DNA from: Antedon mediterranea
Lineage: Eukaryota; Animalia; Echinodermata
Direction: 5' to 3'
Length of the DNA stretch: 64,000 bases
NCBI RefSeq assembly: GCF_964355755.1
Contig: NC_092672.1
Coordinates: 8,432,001 to 8,496,000, forward strand
Under the pieces are notes generated by a model, which was not told the origin of the DNA, did not search any database, and saw nothing but the letters and a program-made list of their open reading frames with translations. A program made the position numbers and the translations under genes. Positions 1 through 12,286 of this stretch are shown here, piece after piece; positions within the stretch are counted from its first letter, which is position 1, and every line of letters begins with the position of its first letter.

Positions 1-430
1 GTAGAAAAGGAATTATGATGCTCTCAAATATAATTGTGCTACATTTGTATTGTGCTGCATCTGCATTATTTGTGCTACATATATACTATACAAGGGTGAT
101 TCTTTTAACACAATTGTCTCTCAATCTATACTGCTCTTTATCAAATTTTTAATGCTCTATATAAATACTGGTTAACTTTTTTTTTAATGTTGCATTAAAT
201 CAACTAAAAGCTAAAAAATACCTTCTAAAAAGAAAGATTCTTCTTAAGCTCTGTCTACTCTATCAAACTTTATGTGATGTGGATATATCACTACCATATT
301 TGGGCATATCACCCTTTTTTTTGTCAAGCTAGTTTGATAGTGTAAACAGAACTTTAGTGTCAGTGCTACTGTATAACACTATACATGCTTTTAACATCTC
401 TGCTTTCGCTTTTTGCTGTGCACTTTTTAG

Positions 431-1986
431 TCCTCATCTATAAGGAAGAAAAGAGGTAATGAAGAGCCTATAGTATACTACAGTGAGGATGATCACTTTC
501 CCTTGCACAGGAACCCATAATCTTGCCTTTACATTGCAGTATTTAAGGTTTGTAGAAAGGTTGTCGATGCATGGTTTTACTGTTTTGTTAAGTGTGTCAC
601 ATAAAAGGTCACATTACTTCTGAGTAAATTCTAGCACATAATATTCAAAGTGCAACTAAAGGCCAACTGAGACAGCGTTGTACGATGAGGTCCGACGTAT
701 GAGTACGTAGTTTTTAGGTCGTCAGGAGTAAAATTAAACATGTTTAATAAAGTTCTCCTGACGACCTAAAAACTATGCCCTACTCTACTCAAGACGACTC
801 GTCTCGATTCAACAAAGACAGCACTGACGAGTCAAGACGTTTCATTGGGCCTTATCGTACAATACTGTCTGAGTTGGCCTTAACAGAGCAGACCAATGAT
901 TATAGTTGAAGACCCGTTCCACCACAGGAACAATGACTCATATCATACATTATTTAATGCAAAATGCCAGTTTTCTTAACTGCTTGGCCAATAAATGAAA
1001 GTACAAACGTTTTAAAATGGCAAACACAATTTTGCAAAACTTGCAACCAAAATATGTCACTTTTTTTTCCTTTTTCAATTGCGTGCAACTGAATTTACAC
1101 TCTGTGGCAATCAATCAGATGAGAAGTGGAACACCACAGCTGTGTGTGCATTTTGTCTATTATTTAGAATTCAATCAGCTGTTATTTAACTTTCATAATT
1201 TACATTTTTGTATCACTATCAAGTTTAGTTAATTTAGAAATCAATTTTGTTCATTGCACTATTTCAATACTCAATTTTGTCGCTCTGTTGTATTTTAAAA
1301 ATGTTATTGTCTTCTTCTGTGTTACTAACCTTCAACTAATTTTGAGCAATTGTATGTGAACATGAATTTCATTTTGGAAAAATAAAATGAACTATGAACT
1401 ATAGTGTAAATTTTAATTGTATTGCCAAAAAATGTACAAGAAAAATGTCACCTTGTGAAACAAAATAAGGTTAACTTCAAATAAAAAAAGAAAGAACACA
1501 CAGAGTTGCCCTTGTTTTTTTCTGAAATTTGGTATATCTTCTTATGTCATATTTCTTTAAGAAAATAACAGTAAATCCTGTTTTCCACTAGATCATTATA
1601 TTCTTTTCATTGTATTTTTCCTTACCTTTTTTTTGTCAGAGTTTGTATTAAATACTGTAAATGTTATGAAATTAAAGATGAAAAAAAGATTTGTTCGTCC
1701 AAATAGAAAGCATATCAAATTTGCAAACAATCAGAGCTCATAAGCACTCATGCAAATAAAAAATCTCAGCAGTTACACAATGTAAATGAAAATCGCAACT
1801 ATTTGCTCTTGTGGTGGAAGCATGATTTTGTTCTCTGCAACACTTTAAATTCAAGCGAACTATTAAATTATTAAATTGACTAAATATTAAGTTAGTTTTA
1901 AAATTAATTACAATTTATATATTTTGTTCTACTTCAACAGACAGTACGTAAGCAGACAAGTAAACCAGAAGAAGAGCAGTCACTGA
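431..1986 (+). CDS. Possible last two coding exons of an upstream gene (product unknown)
   Basis: Pyrimidine tract+ag|431-455|gtaat and ttcaacag|1941. Joined, they read (x)LIYKEEKRQYVSRQVNQKKSSH* or SSSIRKKRDST* depending on the unknown phase. AATAAA near 2363. No recognisable motif. Confidence 0.3.
660..880. mobile_element. PIF/Harbinger-like MITE (TIR AGGCCAACT..GACAG..TTGTACGAT)
   Basis: Imperfect ~33-bp TIRs with TAA on both sides, and an internal inverted repeat tagtttttaggtcgtcaggag / ctcctgacgacctaaaaacta. Confidence 0.75.
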
Positions 1987-4930
1987 CATCAGAGGCCTGA
2001 CATCGTCAAGATTTATAAGTAGAATATCCACAGTTTGTAGAAAAACACCAATGCAAATCAATATTTTCATTACTTATTCGTTATGTTATGGTTTCCCCAT
2101 TGATAGCACAAATCACAACATTGTGTTTATCTGTACCTAAATTTAGGCAGTACACACTCGATTCTCACAAAAATTTTCTGATATGACTATTCCCTTCTTC
2201 AACCGATTCTCGGTACTGTATAGTTTTTCAAGTATCATAGTCAAATTCTATATTACAGTGTCACATATGTATCACATATGATGCCTGTATCATAGGCTAT
2301 ACTTTAACAACAGACATCACGTGTGTGGCACTGTTTGACAGAATTTGTTGATGGTACTGGAACAATAAAAATAGAGTCCTACATGAAATATGTTTTTATT
2401 ATATTTTGTCTTGTTTTTAATTATTCAAAGTCTATTTTATCAATTACAATGTTTTTAATGTTTGTGATTGGAAATTCATTTTAATATATTTTAAAATTAT
2501 TTTAATGTATTTTTACACTTTAAAAATAAAAGAAAAAACTAGTTAGAACATTTAAAAATATAATTCAAAATTGTTTAATCACTGAAAATAATATACTTAT
2601 ATATAAGTGTATATATATAAAGTACATAGCTTTCTTTCCAGCATTAATACTTACACTTCAAAAACTAAAAAAAAAAAATCAAAACTTTTTTTAATATTGT
2701 TTCCTTATCTGTACTGGTATAAGAATGTATCCCTCTTCCCAAAAAAAAAAAAGGAGTAAAAATGTAGTTTTTTAATTTCCTAATTCTATAAAAACATATA
2801 ATTGATTGAGTTGTAGGCTTACTATATATTTTTTGTCGTGTTTTATTTATTTTGCAAAACCATTTTTAATTACTGTAATTGTTCTAGTAAAAAGTTCCCA
2901 AAGAAAAGTTTTAATATAAATGGGTATTGAAAGCTGGGAAATGAACACTTTTTGTTTTGCCTTTTTGTCTCAATTGTACATGTGATTGAAGGTCAGAGTT
3001 AATTTCAATTCAGTTTTTAAAAGTACACCTTGTTATTGTAGATGTTATTATTGTTAATCCTAACATTTTAGTAATAAAGCATTCCAGAATTTGCAAGTAT
3101 TATAACAAGTTCAATCCATATTTTTCTGTGTAATATTAATGAAATTAGTGCCTTTTATTGCTTCATGAATACAGGGTTCATTATTAGGGACTCTTGATCA
3201 AAACTTGTAACCTTGCGTTTAAACTTTGGTTTGTGAATATTTTGTCTTGCTTTGTCTGTTCTAAAGCTCTTGTCCAACTAGTTTGACAACAAAGTATGAT
3301 GTCACATTTTTTGTCGGAATAAAGTTTGATAGTGTAGACAGAGCTTAAAATCTGGAAGCAATTTCACAAGAGTACTAGGTTTCTTTCTAGAGGCATATTG
3401 CAAAGTGTGTCACAATTAAAAATGTCTTCCCTTTATCCCTATATTTCATTCAGTGTGAACTGACTTTTGTTTTAAAGTAGAACCCCCTTTTAGGCACCCC
3501 TATTAAGGGGACACTTTCCTGTGATATGAACAATAAAAAATACATGTTTTAACACTGTTTGGGAACACCCCTATTACAAGGTGTTCCCTTAATAGAGGTG
3601 TCCATTTCTACTGTATTTAACTAATTAAGAAATCGTAATCAATGCATATTGCTTGTACAAATCTTCAGACTTCATATGTTATATAGACATAGTAATTGCA
3701 AGTTACAGTATTTAATATCTCATCTATTTATTAATAATAATCATGTTGTTGAAAGCTGTTGTTTGCATTTTCTAATACAATTACCAAATATAGTCGTATC
3801 CTTGTATTTGAGTACAGTCCCGTTTGAGTTTCATGTAAGTAATTATGGCATGGCATTCTGTCTTTATCTCTATTGTATACAAAACAACAGAAACAGAGCT
3901 TAAACTATTTACAATTAATATTAAAATAATGTAGGGCTGTTATGATATATTATTCTGTGTTTGCAAAAGAGTTTATTTATGTAGTTTTGAATATATAAGC
4001 TGGTGTATATAATAAAATAAAGTTTATTATAATATTAGTGTAATGCTCTATTAAGTAGTAGAGCATTGTGATCTCTAGGATATTAAGAGCTATTAACTTA
4101 ATGTTCGGATTTAAACTGTTCAGAATTATGACATTGCTACTCATTTGAATAATATTTGAATAATGCATATTCATTTATGTTAATGAATTATAGTATTCTC
4201 AAAAAATTTCATCTGGTTTCTAATGGATATTAAAATTCAATTCACCGAACTATGACGAATGACAGAACATCATGTCAACGTCATTTGCGTGACCAAGGCT
4301 ACTGAAAGTAGCTGAAACGTAGCAAGTAAGTACTTGTCAACTGGTTTAACCAAAAAGTTAACATTTATTTATTAAAGAATTACAGTATGTTTCTAACTCT
4401 CAGTGCTCTGAGTAATTGCTATCCATGGGTGGATCTGGGGAAGTACTAAATAATAACATTCTCTAATAATAATATCAAAAAAGTAGTTCTTGATAACATT
4501 TTAGATGTCAAAAGAGGAAACGCATGTGCAATGCCCTAGCACTACTCCCTTGACGGTCCGCCCCTGATAAATCACCAAATATAGAGTGTTAATTCAAATA
4601 TAAAGCTTGGAAACTACCAAATAGATATACAGTAAATTGAAATGTATGTTAATACCATGGAGGTACTTATTTTATACCTCCATGGTTATATAAAAATATA
4701 AATTGAAAAGTATGTTATATAGGCTATTTATTGTTTCAGCACCTTGATACAAATCTCTAATTGGAATACAATTGTAATATATGTTATTAAATAATGATAA
4801 TCATAAAACTGTGATAAAAAATATGAATATAAGAGGTACACTTATTATCCTAAATATTAATACCAAACGAGGTATACTGTAATAATAGAAAATTGATTAT
4901 TTTAATTTGATTAATATAGATACTGAAAAA

Positions 4931-5340
4931 CTCTGTTAACACTATCAAACTTTATGTAACAAACAAATTTGATGTGCCCATTTAGACATAATGATGACTA
5001 TCATATTTGGGCATATCCCTACCATATTTGAGCATATCACTACCATATTTGGGCATATCACTACCATATTTGGGCATATCACTACCATATTTGAGCATAT
5101 CACTACCATATTTGGGCATATCACTACCATATTTGGGCATATCACTACCATATTTGGGCATATCACTACCATATTTGAGCATATCACTACCATATTTGGG
5201 CATGTCACTACCATATTTGAGCATATCACTACCATATTTGGGCATATCACTACCATATTTGAGCATATCACTACCATATTTGGGCATATCACTACCATAT
5301 TTGAGCACATTACACATAGTTTGATAGTGTAGACTGAGCT
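4931..5340. repeat. Family-A MITE with its internal 21-bp unit (catatcactaccatatttggg) expanded to ~14 copies
   Basis: The tandem array at ~5000-5307 is bracketed by family-A ends (acactatcaaactttatgt ... agtttgatagtgtagactgagct). Confidence 0.9.
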
Positions 5341-6797
5341 GTACATTACTCAGGTTATCACCAGTATAGAACATTTCTTTCAAATTCTGTCAAACTAGAT
5401 AGTGTAGACAGAGCTTTAAACGTACAAAATGGAGAACATAGCCGCTTGCTGGTTGACAAGTTTACTTACTAATTGCAAGGTCCTTTGTCGAAAATGAAAG
5501 CTCCTGAATGTGTAACAAACATACAGACATTAGCAGGTAGTAACAACAATAGGAACACTGATTTTGTCATCTGGAATAAATCAGTTGAAGAAGAAGGTGT
5601 CTGAACACAGAGGCACTATGTACAAATTGTCATGAAAATAATGACACAAAATGGCTGGTGTGTACCACATGACTTTCACGGAGTTTCATAACAAGATAAA
5701 TTTTCTCTTTCGTATCTTAATTGGTCATTGTACCCTGTTGAAAAACAATACGCTACATGAGACTGAATTGGTCTCATCAAAGTCTCAAGTTGCAGAATGA
5801 AATAAGAATATAGGCTGGTTTAATTGTATTTTGATTTTTTTAAAGAAATATTTCTTGTTTAAGTGAGTATTGCTATGCATGTGTGCATAGAATGTATGAG
5901 GGTCTTTAGTACTTCTGCTGAGTTTTCTGCTAACAATCACTCTTCGTATTCTAATAAGCTTCTGCAAAAGTATAAAGTATTTATTAATGATGTACATTGT
6001 GTGTAATGTGCATATCCAATTCCATTTATTATTTTTAAGTGTAAATATTATATGCTAAAATCTATTCCAATTCAATGCGTTTTTATATTAGTGTTCACAG
6101 TACCGAATGCTAGATTTTATTTATCATGGGAGAAATAAAATTGTGTGGCATAACAATTCTACACTGTTGCTTTATTTAATTGTTTCTTGTGTTCTTTCTT
6201 ACTACATTACGTTTTGCACTAAATTTTTACAGTTTTGTGGGGCAAGAATGTTTTGTACTAGGTGATGCGATGTTTACTGTATTTATTCAAATAAAAGTCC
6301 TACTTCGAAAAAACGCATCCTCGAATAACTACACCCCTCCCCATAGAACATCATTTTAAATATATTCCCCTTCGAATAAACATACCGGGTGTTTATTTAT
6401 TTCCTCGAATTATCGCTCCACCACATGCATTTTATACACAATATTGTATTCCCTGGTATCGCTTATGCTGGAGGAAATCAAAACATTAATATATCGTTAT
6501 TATTTCGAAGCATAATTATTAAATCAGTGAGAAACTGATAATAGTGAAGTGAATATTAAGTAAGTAGTGTGGTGTAGGTCTACTTTCAGACTAATCGGTA
6601 TTAAATTTTAAAAGTTTTAGAAGTATCCGGCGACTGGTGGCGCACTACTCCACCATGTGTTTTAAAAATAAATCAAAACAAACACACGTGGGAAACGGCC
6701 TTTTCGTGCCTGACTTTCTGGCAGATCATATCGTCTTATTTTTGGAACGAAGGCCTAGGCGTTTTTTGTTATTATAAGTGACTAGATATAGGTAATA

Positions 6798-9700
6798 ATG
6801 TACCGGAAGATTTTAATAGTACCATCATCCTTGTTGGTTCCGAAACTGACACAATCTTTAGGCTGCGTTAGCTTATTGCAGCCCAAATCAAGATGTGTGA
6901 ATCTGGTTGTTGCTAGTTTTGTCACCAGGCCTAGGAGACCTACCAGACCTACGTCGGCTAGGTTGAGTAGCAGAGTGAGTCCTAGGCCTAGGTTGACATC
7001 TCCAGTGATGAAACCAAATCCACAAATCGAGCAGGAAATAGACCAATATGATAGGAGTAATAGCATTCAATCTGATAATTTTCAAAGAATAAAAATGCCT
7101 GTCGAAAGAATGAAAATATCTTTTGAAGATAACAATATTTCTGAGGAAAAGTCCAGAAAACATCAGCAGAACCAATTGGAAAGATATGAAAATCAGGACA
7201 GTGAAGGTACATCTTCTTGGTCTAGACCGAGATATGAAAATCGGGACAGTGGAGGTACATCTTCTTGGTCTAGGCCTAGATATGAAAATCGGGACAGGGA
7301 AGGTAGATCTTCTATGTCTAGACCTAGATATGATAATCGGGACAGTGAAGGTAGATCTTCTATGTCTAGACCTAGATATGATAATCGGGACAGTGAAGGT
7401 ACATCTTCTTGGTCTAGACCTAGATATGATAATCGGGACAGTGAAGGTACATCTTCTTGGTCTAGACCTCCTAGATATAGTAGCGAGGGAAAAAGTAGAT
7501 ATGGGTACAAGCCTAATCAGAACTGGAAGAACAGAGAAATTCCTAGATATAACTCAGACAAGTTGTAAGTGACTTTTGTAAAATTATAAATAAGCATATT
7601 TATTATTATTAATTATAATCCGTGTGTAAACTAAAAGTCTGATAATGTAAATTCATTTTTCAAACTGATTAAGAATGTAAATTGTAATGCATTATTCATG
7701 TTCGATAAATATCAAAATTGTGTAAAAATGTATATTAACCAAAAAGAAAATATACTAATCTTAAAGCTACACATTTGCCCTATCTTTCATTAGATAATGT
7801 TTAATCCTCTGATATAGTATTAGAAGATACTGCAAATCTTCTAAAATATATAAATCTTTTATAATTTCTGTTTGAAAAAGATGTCATAAGACATCAAATA
7901 AAATAGTGTGTAATTTATAAGTGGATAAACGAGAGTACAGCTCCAAATAGAGCTCAGGCTACGTTTTGAAATGTTTTTCATACAAATCATGATGATACAA
8001 ATCATGATGATACAAATCATGATGATACAAATCATGATGATACAAATCATGATGATACAAATCATGATGATACAAATCGTGATGATTTTTAAAATCTCAG
8101 CTGAGTTGAAATGTACAAAATCAAAAAGTAGACAGCCAGTGAGAAATACAAAATGCTTTAAAAAAGTACTCACTTTGCCATAGAAGATTACAACAGGTAC
8201 TGTACAACTCCATTAGGTTTAATAATACAGTAATATGCTTTACTATGAATTTATATCTAGGAAAGAATATACTAGAGTATTGTGTGCCAGTACAGTATAT
8301 AGGTTGTAATTAATTAAAAACTTGACTTAAACTTATTATTAGTTGAAAATATCACATCAAATAGATTACTGTACAGAGTAGGCGCTAAGTGTAATCTAGG
8401 TCTTACTGTAAGACTGAGGGTTGAGGAAAATTAGTCTAGCACAACTACTTTTTCCATCATAGCTAGGCCTGTCATGATAATAGGGCATTTATCAACAAAG
8501 TTGTATACGCAATTATTATATCCACATTTTTCTATTTTAGATTTTATCCAGCGAAAGGAAATGAAATTTTGTTTGGAGTCTCTCCATGCCTTCTTGCTCT
8601 TAAGGCAAATCGGAGGGCCGTCTTCAAAGCCTATGTACGCAAAGGCCTATTGGATGCTGAATACAGTCGGCCTAAATTTGACGAAATATTAACAGAGTTG
8701 AAAAAAAATGGAATAGAAATAATTGAGTTGTATCGCAGTACCATGAATACAATGACCAAACTTAGACCACATCAGGTGAGATTAATATGTTTTTGTTTAT
8801 TTAGGTGTAGTGTATATTTATATACAAGCCTATAGACAGTTTTATACCCTAAGAAATAAGTAAAATGTTCTATTAACAAAGCACTGCTGCTTTGAATGCT
8901 TAAATAAACAATATCTGTATTGTGTTAACCAAAGAAATTTAAACCAAATTCCTGTACAATATGATAATGCTACAACTGTACTAACATTAAATTATTTACC
9001 TTTAACAAAATGTAGGGAATTTGTTTAGAGGTTAGTAAACTTGATTATACTCCATTCATTCAACTATCAAATACAGTGGGTAACAAGATAACACATGACT
9101 TGGAGCATCAGAGTGTTGAAGCACCATTCCTGATGGATCAGGAAATTTCCAGGAATATGACACTTCCGCAGGAGCAGGAAAATCACATTTCTGAAATTTC
9201 ACCTCAAACAGTTGAAGTAACTGATGATGAGGCACCAGTCTATCAGGAGCAAGGAATTGGAATTCCTGATGATGGGACACCAGTCCATCAGGAGCAAAGA
9301 ATCGGAATTCCTGATGATGGGACACCAATCCATCAGGAGCAAATGATCGGAATTCCTGATCATGGAACACCAGTCCATCAGGAGCAAAGGATTGGAATTC
9401 CTGATAATGGGACACCAGTCCATCAGGAACAAGGAATTGAAATTCCTGAGATTGGGAAACCAATTTTTCATGATTCTGATAGTGCAATGCTTCCAGTAAC
9501 TGGAGAGCAGCTAATTAAAGTATCAAGGAGCAAGACACCAGTTTGGCTTGCACTAGACCATGTCATAGTAAGTTTAAAGTTGTTTGTTTGTCAAAGACGA
9601 TAGGCCTAGCATTAAAAATCCCACATCCCAGAGTATGGTCAAAGACGGGTTAACCCCTGTGAGTGTCCATTTTGGTGGTAACTTTGTGTATTATTATTAT

Positions 9701-11966
9701 CCTTGATTATAAATACACATACATTCTTTAAAACATTGTAAAATTTAAAGCCTATCTTTATTTTGTACTAACAGGATCCGATGAACCTTGGTGCAGTGTT
9801 AAGGTCATCATATTTTCTAGGAGCTGACGGAATTATTGTCAGTAAAAGAAATAGGTAAAATACTAAACAAAACCACCAATAGTACAGCTAGAAAATACCA
9901 AGGCAATCAAACAACAGGACACTGAGCTTGCCTTGCTAAGATAGGAACTTGTAACAGTCACTTTGATCTTATGTCTGGCTGCGACAAATGCCAACGGTGT
10001 GTGTTGACCAAACATTTGAGGAAGGCAATTGGCCAATCGAAAATCAGTTAAAGTTTAGGAGGCAGCCACAGATAAACCCTTTGATCTCAAGAGCTCATCA
10101 TCCTGTTGTTAGATTGCCTTGAAACTACGCACACACACCTTCATTTTACATATTTATATAGAATAATAATAGTATTATCCTGGACTAATGTTGTGAAACC
10201 TCTAAGCGCTGAACATATTACCCCAGTCAATTTTTTTTGGATCAAACACGTATGGAAACACACTCCCATAATACCAAATTTTAAGCAGAATGAGTAGCAC
10301 AGTATGAGCCAATACATTTAAGTTTGAAGACAATTTTGTAGACACAATTTGAAAGAGATTTGGAAATAAATTATGATAAAATAAACACAAACAGGTTTGA
10401 AAATGCCTTGCAAGGCTGCCATATTAAACGGTTGCACTTATTCATAATTTATTGTTATTAATGTATATATTTTTATGTCAGTTGCTCTTTGACTCCGGTT
10501 GTCAGCAAAGCATCTAGTGGCGTGATGGAAGTCCAACCAGTATATGCAGTTGATGATCTTTCTACCTTTCTACAGTCTCTCATTGGCTGGGAGATTGTTG
10601 GTTCGTCTAAGTCTACACCTTTTAGTAATGATGACAACACTATTGATAGTGAAGATGTTACAATACAGAAAGAAGGAGAAGATATTGATATGCAAAAACC
10701 AGTCATCTTAGTTGTAGGTAAATTATATGACTGATTTCTGATTTTCATTTTCATTTAACTTATTCTGAACAAAAGAAAGTGAGCGTGTATTATTATTCTT
10801 TTACATTCCAATTACATTGACTTGTTATGAGTTAAAGCTCTGTCTACACTATCAAACGTTACGTGACAAAAAATGTGATGTGCCCAAATATGGACATGAT
10901 GATGTCATATCACTACCATATTTGGGCATATCACTACCATATTTGGGCACTACTAGGTTGATAGTGTAGACAGAGCTTAAGAGGATATATGTTTATTTGA
11001 TATACTGTATTTGCACCATTGTAAACATCTGCATTCAGCTACGTTATTTAGTCTACTATGGCGCGCCAAGCTGTCATTTATTCCAGCAATAGAGATATCT
11101 TGGTTTTTAATAGAGATATCTCTATTAATAGAGATATAGATATCTTTATTTCCGAATAAATGACAGCTTGGCGTACCAAAGTCTACAGTTCAGAGTTGTA
11201 ACTTTTATAAAGTGCCATTAAATATTGTACAGTACTACTCATGTTGTCATTATAGGGAGTGAAGGATTTGGTCTGAAAGAGGAGGTTATCAGCTGTTGTA
11301 ACAAATTGCTCACAATACAACCAGGCCAAGAGTTGCATCCTGGGATAGATTCTCTCAATTTATCTGTAGCAACGGGTATGTCAAACAGAATATATCTCAA
11401 TTGAATTTTTAAAATGCTTTATAAAATAATCAAATAACCTTATTAAAGATGTATTGTCCCTTTGACTAATTCCAAAAAAATGCTTAAAAAAAGATTTCGA
11501 AAAAAATTTTGAAGTATCATAATAGTAAAAAAATCATTTAACTGAAATACAGACATTTTTTTGTTCAAAAAATAACTGTGACTTCCAGTCAAAGTTTTCG
11601 ATCAAAACATATCTCATAATGCAACACGCTTGTTTGGCTCATCTGTATGCATAAATCATAACATTTCTTCGCGATCTGTGTGAAAACACCTTCTCAACCG
11701 TGACGAGTTGTAAACAATCCTAATTAGCATCATACATAATGCATACTCGTTGTTTGAAATCTTTGTTTACTTTCGCTCGCGAAGATTTTTCAGACGAAAT
11801 GTAATCAAATTAATTTACCTGTTAATTATGTAAACTTGTTGTTTTTTGCTCTAATAAATGAAAACAATTATAATATAATATAATTTTTCTATAATTTTTT
11901 TCCTTATTAGGTATCCTGCTTCATTTGTTACTTTCAAAGAAGAGTTTGCAACAAAAAGTGGAATGA
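6798..11966 (+). CDS. MRM1: rRNA methyltransferase 1, mitochondrial (SPOUT/SpoU family), 7 coding exons, ~681 aa
   Basis: Exons 6798-7564, 8541-8775, 9016-9567, 9775-9854, 10482-10717, 11256-11375, 11911-11966; all GT-AG with consistent phases (2,0,0,2,1,1). Motifs: [44 protein letters not shown] (SPOUT motif 1), [24 protein letters not shown] (motif 2), [14 protein letters not shown] (motif 3). The N-terminus is Arg-rich and lacks acidic residues, like a mitochondrial presequence. Confidence 0.93.
7182..7470 (+). repeat. Coding 48-bp tandem repeat (6 copies; [16 protein letters not shown]) in MRM1 exon 1
   Basis: Visible in both the DNA and the translation. Confidence 0.9.
7976..8085. repeat. 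15-bp minisatellite (atacaaatcatgatg) x~7
   Basis: Direct reading; lies in MRM1 intron 1. Confidence 0.9.
9223..9470 (+). repeat. Coding 45-bp tandem repeat (~5.5 copies; [15 protein letters not shown]) in MRM1 exon 3
   Basis: Visible in both the DNA and the translation. Confidence 0.9.
9899..10121. mobile_element. MITE with TIR CAAGGCAATC(T)AACAACAGGA; related copy at ~23090-23190
   Basis: The terminal inverted repeats are visible, and about 90 bp of the left arm recurs inverted in a DNTTIP1 intron. Confidence 0.7.
10836..10977. mobile_element. PIF/Harbinger-like MITE family A (TIR AGCTCTGTCTACACTATCAAAC), representative copy
   Basis: TIR pair flanked by a TAA target duplication (10833-35, 10978-80). 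Other copies at about 247-353 (TTA TSD), 3265-3345 (TAA), 4931-5340, 5386-5415, 16007-16102, 16894-17022 (TAA), 19208-20245, 21097-21256, 28420-28554, 32231-32399, 46745-46901, 53312-53440 and 61559-61640. A TWA TSD is typical of PIF/Harbinger. Confidence 0.85.
11058..11178. mobile_element. Small palindromic MITE (tggcgcgccaagctgtcatttatt ... aataaatgacagcttggcg)
   Basis: Long inverted arms with internal tagagatatc repeats. Confidence 0.65.
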
Positions 11967-12117
11967 AATATGTATATTATACTGTACAAGTATTTAGCAT
12001 GATACAATTTTTATAAAACCATGCTAAAGACATGAGAATTTAAGATACATCCTTGGCTATAAGGTCTCATGCTCAGATTACAGGTGTCGTACTGTACTTT
12101 GTTGTAAGCTGTATAGC

Positions 12118-12286
12118 CAGTTGCGTAACGGCCATGAGCAAACAATGACTAAACCCAGCCCCCCCCCCCCCCCCCCCCGGAGCTTACAAGGGCCCCTGAG
12201 CAAGGCCCAAAGGAAGAAAACAGGCATTAATATAATTTTGAAAAGGGCCAGAGGCCTCCACCTCTGCTCTCTGCACTACGCCACTG
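12118..12286. mobile_element. hAT-like MITE (CAGT(T/G)GCGTA ... TACGCCACTG)
   Basis: Short TIRs and a GC-rich interior with poly-C and gggccc motifs; the 8-bp TSD is only partial. Related CAGGGGCGG...CCGCCCCTG element at 12842-12892. Confidence 0.55.

Noticed and set aside
4945-5383. Four overlapping repeat ORFs
   Set aside because: They arise from the 21-bp tandem array inside a MITE.
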